The notes: generated from the sequence alone by a model not told the origin. A stretch of DNA of 22,048 bases from Candidatus Jordarchaeales archaeon (GCA_038889235.1 JAWAHN010000005.1:1-22048); one strand, 5' to 3'; positions 1-7,306 are shown, counted from the first letter of the stretch. Program-made: numbers and translations.

Positions 1-28
1 CGGGGTTATAGGGGTTTATAAGGGGAAA
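1..28 (+). promoter_or_regulatory. Proximal end of putative CRISPR leader (truncated by window edge)
   Basis: Low-complexity GGGGTTATA-GGGGTTTATA-AGGGGAAA directly before repeat 1, with TATA-like TTTATAA at 15-21. Repeat orientation (3' ATTGAAAG) and the degenerate repeat at the far end place the leader on this side. Confidence 0.45.
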
Positions 29-1361
29 GAAACAAAAACAGTCCCCACAAATGGGGATTGAAAGGTGCACTGGCAACATTTTGGCTTATGGTGTACGCCA
101 TGTCGTGAAACAAAAACAGTCCCCACAAATGGGGATTGAAAGTTTTGCGTACCACAGCATTTTTAATTCCATGTGCTTCTCCGAAACAAAAACAGTCCCC
201 ACAAATGGGGATTGAAAGAGAAGCTTATTCGTGACGCATTCACCCCTGTACTTGTTGAGAAACAAAAACAGTCCCCACAAATGGGGATTGAAAGCATTTT
301 TTTGTGCAATCGTCCAATTTATACAGCAACGTGAAACAAAAACAGTCCCCACAAATGGGGATTGAAAGAAGTACCCCCGCTGCCCGCATCTAGGACACTC
401 GACCGGCGCGAAACAAAAACAGTCCCCACAAATGGGGATTGAAAGTGCCGAAAGCAAACCCAGTTTTTGTGTGGATCTCTGCAAGAAACAAAAACAGTCC
501 CCACAAATGGGGATTGAAAGGTAGGAAAAATTGAGGCGCCAACACTAAGCGATGCCATGAGGGCATGCGAAACAAAAACAGTCCCCACAAATGGGGATTG
601 AAAGAGTAAAATATTTTGATATTATCAATGTTTTTTTGTTTGTTTGAAACAAAAACAGTCCCCACAAATGGGGATTGAAAGTCAGCTACTACGCCGGCCT
701 TGGGAAGCCGGGGTGTGTGGAAACAAAAACAGTCCCCACAAATGGGGATTGAAAGTTCGGTTATCCTCGCGACAACCCCCCTCAGCCCCCTCCCGAAACA
801 AAAACAGTCCCCACAAATGGGGATTGAAAGTATATCAGGGGAGACTGGGTTTTCAGGATAAGGGAGTCCAAGAAACAAAAACAGTCCCCACAAATGGGGA
901 TTGAAAGTACATGAAACTGGTGGTGGTTCTGTTGGAGGTCGTTAATCCTGGAAACAAAAACAGTCCCCACAAATGGGGATTGAAAGTGAATCGTGGCCGG
1001 CTTACGCAAGCCGGCTTCAATAGTATGAAACAAAAACAGTCCCCACAAATGGGGATTGAAAGGGGTGTTTTTTGCATTCTCCTCTCTCCCGTTTCTTTCT
1101 TGAAACAAAAACAGTCCCCACAAATGGGGATTGAAAGTCGATGCTACTCTATAGCTAAGTAGGTCGTCGTCGATGTGAAACAAAAACAGTCCCCACAAAT
1201 GGGGATTGAAAGAGGTTCGCTGCCTTCGCTGCCTTAACTGCTTCCTCTGGAAACAAAAACAGTCCCCACAAATGGGGATTGAAAGAAGATGAGGGAGGAG
1301 TTGAGGGAGGCCGCTGTAAAGGAAGAGACGAGAGCAGTCTTTACAGGTGGGGGGTTGAAGG
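29..1361 (+). CRISPR. CRISPR array: 17 identical 36-nt repeats GAAACAAAAACAGTCCCCACAAATGGGGATTGAAAG, 1 degenerate terminal repeat, 17 spacers of 37-48 nt
   Basis: Perfect repeats start at 29,107,183,259,333,410,485,569,646,720,795,872,951,1027,1102,1177,1250. Degenerate copy at 1325-1361 (25/36 identical plus 1 inserted G). Hairpin TCCCCA-CAAA-TGGGGA and 8-nt 3' handle ATTGAAAG typical of Cas6-processed class 1 arrays. Confidence 0.99.
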
Positions 1362-1499
1362 AGAGTCTGTGAGATGTGTATTGGTGAGCTGAGATAGGAG
1401 GTGGTTCTATGAGTTGGGGGGTTTTGAGGTATGAAATTGGTATGTGGTAGGTTTGGGGTGTGAGATGGTTTTGGGTGGTGGGGTTTGGTGTAATTTTGG

Positions 1500-2438
1500 G
1501 TGATGTGTTTTGGTGTTGAGTTTTTTGGGGAAGGTTTTTATGTGTGGTGTTTGGGGGGTTTTGTGGTGGTTGTTTTGGGTTGGAGGTTTGTTTTTGTTTT
1601 TCCTTTTGTGTTGTTTTTTGTTTTCTTTCTTTATAGGGCGACGGTGGCTTCTTTTTATGGGAGTTTGAGGGCGCCGTTTTTTGTGTTTTTGGTTTATTTG
1701 GTTTTGTTTGTTGTTGTTAGGAGGTTTGGGGGTGTTTTTGCGCGTGTTGTGTTTGTGGCTGGTCTTGTTCATGTTTGTTTCTGTTTTTCGTTGGTGTTGA
1801 GGGCGAGTTTCGCTTCTGTTTTTGTTTCGCTTGTTCCTTTGCTTGTTTTGTTGTTTTTCGTGTTGGTGTGTTTTGTTGTTCGTTTGTGGCCTTGTGTTGG
1901 TGCTTCGGCTGTTCTTGATGGTTTTGCGGTTTTTGCTGGTTTGAAGGTTAGGTTGGTTGTTTTCTTTAAGCTTGGGGGTGTGGGGGATGTGGGGGTGCTG
2001 CTTGGGGAGGCTTGGTCTAGGCGTTTGTCTTTTACTGTTGAGAGGTTGGGGGGTGAGGTTTTTGTTTCTGTTTGTTTTGAGGGGTTTTCGTATGGGAGGG
2101 TTGAGGGGGCTGCCGTGGAGGGGGCTGGGTGGTTTGAGGAGGTGTTGAGGAGGGGTGGTTTTAGGCCTAGGAGGGTGGAGGGTTGGGTTGAGGTTGAGAG
2201 GCTTCTTTATGCTCCTTTGTCTCCTGGGTGGGAGGCTTTGTATTTTGAGCCGTGTGTTGGTGGGTGGTCTACTGTTCGCCTTTTGCCGCCTTTGGGGAGG
2301 AGGGGGAGGGCGGTGGCTGTTAGGCGCGCTTTCAAGCCGGGTGGGCTTGACCCTCACCCTCAGTTTGCGCTTAAAGCTTTTATTAGTGGTTTTCAAGATA
2401 GTTTTGAGGGGTGGCGTGTTGGAGCTGCGCGAGATTAA
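1500..2438 (+). CDS. Hypothetical integral membrane protein (about 4 N-terminal TM segments plus soluble alpha/beta C-terminal domain); start uncertain (1500, 1503 or 1542)
   Basis: 312-codon open frame whose stop overlaps the radA-like start. F/V/L/G-rich N-half, polar C-half. Composition is inflated by extreme G+T skew, so TM prediction is partly confounded. Confidence 0.6.
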   Translation: MMCFGVEFFGEGFYVWCLGGFVVVVLGWRFVFVFPFVLFFVFFLYRATVASFYGSLRAPFFVFLVYLVLFVVVRRFGGVFARVVFVAGLVHVCFCFSLVLRASFASVFVSLVPLLVLLFFVLVCFVVRLWPCVGASAVLDGFAVFAGLKVRLVVFFKLGGVGDVGVLLGEAWSRRLSFTVERLGGEVFVSVCFEGFSYGRVEGAAVEGAGWFEEVLRRGGFRPRRVEGWVEVERLLYAPLSPGWEALYFEPCVGGWSTVRLLPPLGRRGRAVAVRRAFKPGGLDPHPQFALKAFISGFQDSFEGWRVGAARD

Positions 2439-3402
2439 GGGGGTTGGACCTGAAACCCTTAGGAAGCTCATGGATGCGGGCTACACTACTGTTGAGAGTG
2501 TCGCTTTTGCCAGCCCGCAGGATCTTGCCTCTGATGCTGGGATAGGTGAGGCTACGGCTAGGAGGATAGTGGAGCAGGCGAGGAGGCTTGTCGCGAGCGG
2601 GGAGGGTAAGGGTGGGAGGCTCGTGCAGATACTTCCGGGGAGGGAGGCTAGGCGTATTCTGAGCAGCATAGAGAGGGTTACCACCGGTCTCAGGGGGCTC
2701 GACTCTATTCTCGGGGGCGGTGTCGAGACTTGTGCCATAACAGAGTTCTATGGTCCGGCTAGGGCCGGCAAAACCCAGCTCTGCCACCAGCTCTGCGTCA
2801 CGGTCCAGCTTCCGAGGGAGAGGGGTGGGCTCGAGGGTAGGGCATTGTACATAGACACTGAGAGGACGGTGAGGTATGACGCTATAGCGAGGATCGCTGA
2901 GAGGTTTGGGCTGGACCCGGACAGCGCTTGCGACAACGTTTTCTACACGTATGCCGTCAACAGTGAGGCGCTCCGGGAAACGATAAGGGGGCTCGACGGG
3001 GTGGTTAAGCAGGGCGCGGTGAAGCTGGTAGTGGTGGACTGCCTCACGGGGCACTTTAGGGCTGAGTACACTGGGAGGGAGACGCTGGCTTTGAGGCAGC
3101 AGCTCATAAACAGGATGATACACGACCTTCTCAGGCTTGCCTTAAGCTACGATCTGGCAGTTGTGGTCACAAACCAGGTTCACGCCCAGCCCGACGTTTG
3201 GGGCAAGAGCGAGGCGCCCACGGGGGGCCACGTCGTAGCCCACGGAGTAACGTACAGGGTTGGTCTCTCTGTGAAGAAGGGGAACGTTAGGATAGCGAGC
3301 TTGGTCGACGCGCCCGCTCTTCCGCCTTCATCCGCCTTCTTCGCTATAACCGACAGGGGGCTGGTGGATGTGAGCGAGGAGGAGGCTAAGAGGGGGGACT
3401 AG
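2416..3402 (+). CDS. radA: RadA/Rad51-family recombinase, divergent paralog with N-terminal HhH domain
   Basis: HhH ELREIKGVGPET, TTGLRGLDSILGGGVET, Walker A GPARAGKTQ, YIDTE, Walker B VVVD, FRAEYTGRE, TNQV, GGHVVAH, VDAP. Start placed at GTG 2416 after GAGGGG; the track extension to 2155 is low-complexity. Confidence 0.93.
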   Translation: MLELREIKGVGPETLRKLMDAGYTTVESVAFASPQDLASDAGIGEATARRIVEQARRLVASGEGKGGRLVQILPGREARRILSSIERVTTGLRGLDSILGGGVETCAITEFYGPARAGKTQLCHQLCVTVQLPRERGGLEGRALYIDTERTVRYDAIARIAERFGLDPDSACDNVFYTYAVNSEALRETIRGLDGVVKQGAVKLVVVDCLTGHFRAEYTGRETLALRQQLINRMIHDLLRLALSYDLAVVVTNQVHAQPDVWGKSEAPTGGHVVAHGVTYRVGLSVKKGNVRIASLVDAPALPPSSAFFAITDRGLVDVSEEEAKRGD

Positions 3403-3404
3403 CC

Positions 3405-3722
3405 GTGTTGAGGCCCCTTCCCAGGCGTGTTAGAAAGTTCGAGTCGGAGAGGAGGAGGCTGAAGAAGAACGTGAGGGTGGTTGCTTTGAGGGGGGAGAGG
3501 TGGATGGCCTACGCGTCTCTTCCCTGGATGCGCGAGCTCTGCGGCCACCTTTACGGGGAGAACTGCTGCGTCAAGCTGGAGGAGAAGGGGGAGGGAGTGG
3601 TCCAAGCCACGGTTTACGCCTCGACAGCCGAGCTGGCTGATGCCGTGGCCTCCGAGCTTGAAAGGGGGTTCGAGATTTTCAGGACGGTGGAAGGTTGGGA
3701 GAAGAGGAAGGGGCAGGCGTGA
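3405..3722 (+). CDS. Small hypothetical protein (105 aa)
   Basis: Fills the gap between radA-like stop (3402) and a GTGA stop/start overlap with the next gene. Host-like codon usage. Confidence 0.7.
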   Translation: MLRPLPRRVRKFESERRRLKKNVRVVALRGERWMAYASLPWMRELCGHLYGENCCVKLEEKGEGVVQATVYASTAELADAVASELERGFEIFRTVEGWEKRKGQA

Positions 3723-4315
3723 AGTTGAGGGGGAGGAGGCCGGACTACCTTCTCGTGTCGCTCGGAGCGCTGGCGGCGCTTACACTAGCGGTTGCCGCCG
3801 CACCCCAACTGGCCCCGCTCGCCGCCGCAGTGCTCCCCGCGCTGGCCGCGTACTTCGCCTGGAGGCTGCGCCCCCGGGCGCTCGGCGGTGTTGTCAGGCG
3901 CGAGTCGGCCTTCTTAGGGGATGTCGTAGCCTCGTGGGTTGGGGGGAGGTGGAGGGCTTACAGCATGTTGCAGGTTGCATCGGTCCCGGACGTCATACGT
4001 GGAGACGTGAAGCGCTTTTTCAGGATGATGTACCTTGAGGGGGTTCCATTCTTCTACCACGTGAGGCAGGGGCCTGCGTCCTCTTGGTTTGTGAAGGGCG
4101 GGCGTGAGGCTGCTGTGAGGGCTTCGGGGGTGTGGAGCACGTCCATAGTGATAGGTGTCTGGGGTGAGGGGGCGAGGTTGGACGACGCTGTGAGGGAGGC
4201 GAGGGCTAGGGCTGAGAAGGCTAAAGCATTCTTCGAGGCGTCCTTCCCCCACCACAGGGTCGAGCTGCTTAAGGGTGGAAGCCTAGTTGACGCCGTGAAG
4301 GAGTGTTTTCCGTGA
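3719..4315 (+). CDS. Hypothetical membrane-anchored protein (2 N-terminal TM segments plus alpha/beta domain)
   Basis: GTG 3719 overlaps the previous TGA. Hydrophobic hairpin LLVSLGALAALTLAVAAA / LAAAVLPALAAYFAW followed by a soluble domain. Same reading frame as the next ORF. Confidence 0.75.
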   Translation: MKLRGRRPDYLLVSLGALAALTLAVAAAPQLAPLAAAVLPALAAYFAWRLRPRALGGVVRRESAFLGDVVASWVGGRWRAYSMLQVASVPDVIRGDVKRFFRMMYLEGVPFFYHVRQGPASSWFVKGGREAAVRASGVWSTSIVIGVWGEGARLDDAVREARARAEKAKAFFEASFPHHRVELLKGGSLVDAVKECFP

Positions 4316-4324
4316 GGTGGAAGG

Positions 4325-5767
4325 TTGAAGAGGTTCCGCTTGACGGGCGACGAGCTGAGCAGGTATGTGTCATTTGAGGGCACTGTCCGCGTAGGGGTCA
4401 AGAGTAGGCCGCCGGCAGAGTTCACTCTTCCACCTCTCCCATTTGACTTCCCCGTGGGCCTGGTAGTTGAAGCCGAGAACGTGGCGCCGCACAGTGTTTT
4501 CGGGTTCACGGTGGAAAACATGGCTGAAGGAGTGCTCGTAGCTGGGGGGAGCGCGGAGGAAAGAGTCAACACGCTCCTGAGGATCCTGGGCGGCTCCTCG
4601 AAGCTGGGCTGGAATATCGCCGCCGCCACCTCAAGAAACCTGGCCCGCGTCAGGTCTGTTGCACCACAAGCCAGGGTTTATGACGGATTCCCCCTCAACC
4701 CCTTAGACCCGGAAGAGGCGGGGGGCGCGGAGTACGCTTCAGCCCTCTCACTCACGCTTCAGTCGGCCCTCGGGTTGACGGGCGGCCAGAGGCTCCTACT
4801 GGAGGACGCAATCGCAATGTGCATGGATGAGGGAGCTCTAACACTTGAGGAGCTTAAGGAGAAGGTTAGGGAGGCGGCTGTAAGCGAGCTGAGGAGCCAG
4901 GCGGAGAGAAGGGAGGCGGAGCTCCTACACAGGGAGCTGGGGTTGACCATGTCCCTTAAGGGGGCTGAAAAGCTGTCACCGGCAAACCCTTCGACGCTCC
5001 GCTGGATGGTTGAGGCGCCGACAGTCGCACTACTGTGGGAGCCTAGGCTGGCGGCGGTCGCCCAGGCTTCGCTCCTAGCTAAAGCGATGTGCTTGGAGGT
5101 TAGGGGGTTCAGCGTGCTCGTCGAACTAGACTGTTTTGCCGAGCCGGAGCCGCTCGCCGGGGTCTTTAGGAGGCTTAGGGAGAAGGAGGTCGGAGTGGTT
5201 GCTTTGTCGCCGAGCGTCTCGCACGCCGGCTCCGCCGCCAGCGTCCTCGGAAACAGGGTCATACACAGGCTTGAGGACGGCGGCGAGGCGGGGCTTGTAG
5301 GCAGGCTTATGGGGTTGAGGGAGGAGGGGGAGAGCGTGCAGAGCGGTAGGAGACACAGGCTGTACCAGGTGGAGGTGTTAAGGTTCCTCGAGTGGGGGGA
5401 GGCCGTGGTTCAGAGGAGCGACAACCCTTCCCCGGTTTTGGTAGTCTTCGAGATGGTTGAGGGGGGTGAGGCGAGGGCGGAGCCTGTTTCGGGGGCTGGA
5501 GGGGGGAGAACGCCGCTCGAAGTTGACTTCGGGAGCGACGCGGCCGACGCCTTGAAGGTAATACAGTTGGTCCACGACTTTCCGCAGATAACGCTGAGCC
5601 AGGTGGTGGGCGGCCTACCAGAGATTGGGGAGAAGGCGAGGGTTCTCGCGCTCAGGCTGGCGGATAGGGGCTACCTCGCGTCGTTCAGGGATGGGAGGGG
5701 GAGGAGGGTTTTCGTGGTGACGAGGAGGGGTGAGGATGCCTTGAGGAGGGTTAGGGGTGGGGGCTGA
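4325..5767 (+). CDS. HerA/VirB4-like (DUF87-type) ATPase-fold protein with degenerate Walker motifs and probable C-terminal wHTH
   Basis: Collinear family landmarks: GVLVAGGSAEER at the Walker A position, PLNPLDP, ALGLTGGQRLLL, RRLREKEVGVVALSPS (cf. REGRKYGVGVILATQ), NRVIHRL, LEWGEAVV. SD-like GAGGTG before TTG. Confidence 0.6.
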   Translation: MKRFRLTGDELSRYVSFEGTVRVGVKSRPPAEFTLPPLPFDFPVGLVVEAENVAPHSVFGFTVENMAEGVLVAGGSAEERVNTLLRILGGSSKLGWNIAAATSRNLARVRSVAPQARVYDGFPLNPLDPEEAGGAEYASALSLTLQSALGLTGGQRLLLEDAIAMCMDEGALTLEELKEKVREAAVSELRSQAERREAELLHRELGLTMSLKGAEKLSPANPSTLRWMVEAPTVALLWEPRLAAVAQASLLAKAMCLEVRGFSVLVELDCFAEPEPLAGVFRRLREKEVGVVALSPSVSHAGSAASVLGNRVIHRLEDGGEAGLVGRLMGLREEGESVQSGRRHRLYQVEVLRFLEWGEAVVQRSDNPSPVLVVFEMVEGGEARAEPVSGAGGGRTPLEVDFGSDAADALKVIQLVHDFPQITLSQVVGGLPEIGEKARVLALRLADRGYLASFRDGRGRRVFVVTRRGEDALRRVRGGG

Positions 5768-6572
5768 CCTTTCACCTTTCGCCTCGTGGCGCCGGGCGGG
5801 GGGCCTTGGGAGGCTTGCGGTCGACGGCATGAACGTGCTCGTCGGCCAGCTCAGGTGGTCGAGGTGGGGGTGGAGGGTGGCGGCGGTGAACACGCTTTAC
5901 AGGCTTTTGAGGCTGGTGGAGCTCGGGGCTCACCCCGTATTCGTCTACGATGGGAAGCCTCACAAGGCGAAGGTGAGGGGGGAGGGTGGGGTAGCGCTCA
6001 GGTCGGCTTTGGGGCTCGTCGTTGAGGGGGCCCGGCTCATGGGGGTCCCATGCGTCCAGGCGCCCGGGGAGGGGGAGGCGCAGGCGGCTTACATGGCTGC
6101 TATTGGAGTGGCTGACGCGGTTTTCACGTCGGACTATGATGCCTTCCTCTTTGGCTCGCCTGTCGTTGTGAGGGAGCGTGGGGGGCTGGAGGAGTGTACT
6201 CTTAGAAGCGTGTTGGAAGCTTCCGGGTTGACGCTCAGGCAACTTGTGGACGCAGCGGTCCTCTCGGGAACGGACTTCAACACGGGTGTGAAGGGGGTCG
6301 GGATAAGGAGGGCGGTGGCGCTCGTGAAGGAGCATGGGTGCCTTGAGGGGGCACTGCGAGCCCTCGGAGTAAGTGAGTGTGACGAGTTCATCGAGGCGAG
6401 GAGGCTCTTTCTAGATCCTGACGTGGCGGATGTCAAAGTGGTGTTCGTAGCCCCCCAGATTGCTGGGCTCAGAAAGCTTCTCTCCGAGCATCTCTCAGAG
6501 TCTCACGCTGAAAACTTCGTCAAAAGACTGATGAATGCTAGGACGAGGCAGTTGAGGCTGGTGGAAGATTGA
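5757..6572 (+). CDS. FEN1/XPG-family 5' structure-specific nuclease paralog with shortened arch region
   Basis: MGADL start, LAVDG, PVFVYDGKP, QAPGEGEAQAAYM, SDYDAFLFG, GTDFNTGVKGVG (H2TH/H3TH). All acidic metal-ligand positions present. 271 aa vs about 340 aa for typical archaeal FEN1. Confidence 0.92.
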   Translation: MGADLSPFASWRRAGGLGRLAVDGMNVLVGQLRWSRWGWRVAAVNTLYRLLRLVELGAHPVFVYDGKPHKAKVRGEGGVALRSALGLVVEGARLMGVPCVQAPGEGEAQAAYMAAIGVADAVFTSDYDAFLFGSPVVVRERGGLEECTLRSVLEASGLTLRQLVDAAVLSGTDFNTGVKGVGIRRAVALVKEHGCLEGALRALGVSECDEFIEARRLFLDPDVADVKVVFVAPQIAGLRKLLSEHLSESHAENFVKRLMNARTRQLRLVED

Positions 6573-7306
6573 TTGACGCGTTAGTGTTTGTGGCGGCTTT
6601 AGCTGTAGTGGTGGCGGCGGCCGCGGCTTACGTTCTTGGAAGACACGTGTTGGCGGCGTTAGTGTGGCTGAAGCTTGCAGGCTGGGCGGCTAGGGTTGTA
6701 GTACGCCACTGGAGGCTGGGGGCAACGGTGGCTGCCGCTGCATTTGCTTTCGTGCTTCTTCAGGCGCCACTTCAAAGCGCGGCCTTCGCGGTCTTACCAT
6801 CTCTCCTAGCTGGCGCGGCTGCGTGGTTGCTGCTGCACGGGAGGGGGAGGGGGGCGGCAGCTTTGGGACTACTGGCGCTCACGTCAGTTGCTGCGCCGCG
6901 TGCGGCTCAGGCTCTGGCGCCGCTGGCCGCCGTGACAACGCTAGCGGCGGTAGCCCTAGCGGTGTTGGGGCTTGCTGCTTCAACTTTAAAAGGCAGAACG
7001 CCGCGGGAGGCCTTTCAAGCCACATATACTACTCCGGGGCTGACGGGAACTGTGGTGGGGGCGGTCAAAGAGAAAGGAGGGGTTAGGGTGGTTATGGTGG
7101 CCGTTGCAGACGGCGAGACGACGAGGGTGACTATCTCTGGAACGCTGAGAGACGAGTTCGAGGAGAAAGCGGGGGGAGTGGTGGCGAGCACCGTAAACAC
7201 TACGCGCGAGGTTAAAAAAGCCTGGAAACGCTACCTTGAGAGGGGAGACCCGCAGCTTGCGGTCACCTTGCTCTTAAAAACACTTCGGGCGGGTAACGGT
7301 CACTAG
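6569..7306 (+). CDS. Hypothetical multi-pass membrane protein with small C-terminal soluble domain
   Basis: TTGA start/stop overlap with the nuclease. About 4-5 Ala/Leu/Val hydrophobic segments in the first 140 aa. Confidence 0.75.
   Translation: MIDALVFVAALAVVVAAAAAYVLGRHVLAALVWLKLAGWAARVVVRHWRLGATVAAAAFAFVLLQAPLQSAAFAVLPSLLAGAAAWLLLHGRGRGAAALGLLALTSVAAPRAAQALAPLAAVTTLAAVALAVLGLAASTLKGRTPREAFQATYTTPGLTGTVVGAVKEKGGVRVVMVAVADGETTRVTISGTLRDEFEEKAGGVVASTVNTTREVKKAWKRYLERGDPQLAVTLLLKTLRAGNGH

Noticed and set aside
369-409. Spacer 5 reverse complement encodes CPRCG, as does ORF 7334-7720
   Set aside because: Only about 9 contiguous identical bases, and CPxCG is ubiquitous.
86-1198. ORFs across the CRISPR array (86-484, 319-588, 390-893, 644-904, 782-1198, 853-1077, 911-1162)
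   Set aside because: They are translations of repeats (recurring LSIPICGDCFCF, FQSPFVGTVFVS, FNPHLWGLFLF).
2155-2415. 87-codon N-terminal extension of the radA-like ORF
   Set aside because: Low-complexity, overlaps the upstream gene, and homology starts at the HhH motif after an SD at 2406-2411.
1407-2471. 354-aa K/N/T/P/Q/H-rich - strand ORF
   Set aside because: Shadow of the G+T patch; an A/C-rich strand has few T bases and so few stops. The opposite-strand ORF fits the operon.
4313-4315. Selenocysteine recoding of the in-frame TGA
   Set aside because: It lies in an inter-domain linker rather than a catalytic Cys position, no SECIS-like element was recognised, and a good SD explains re-initiation.
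4850-4888. Resemblance of spacer 17 (1286-1324) to the HerA-like gene: 28/39 identity, with a 15/16 core AGGGAGGCsGCTGTAA
   Set aside because: Eleven mismatches in purine-rich E/K/R/A-coding sequence, so likely chance. It would be worth revisiting only if the true protospacer proves to be a homolog of this gene.
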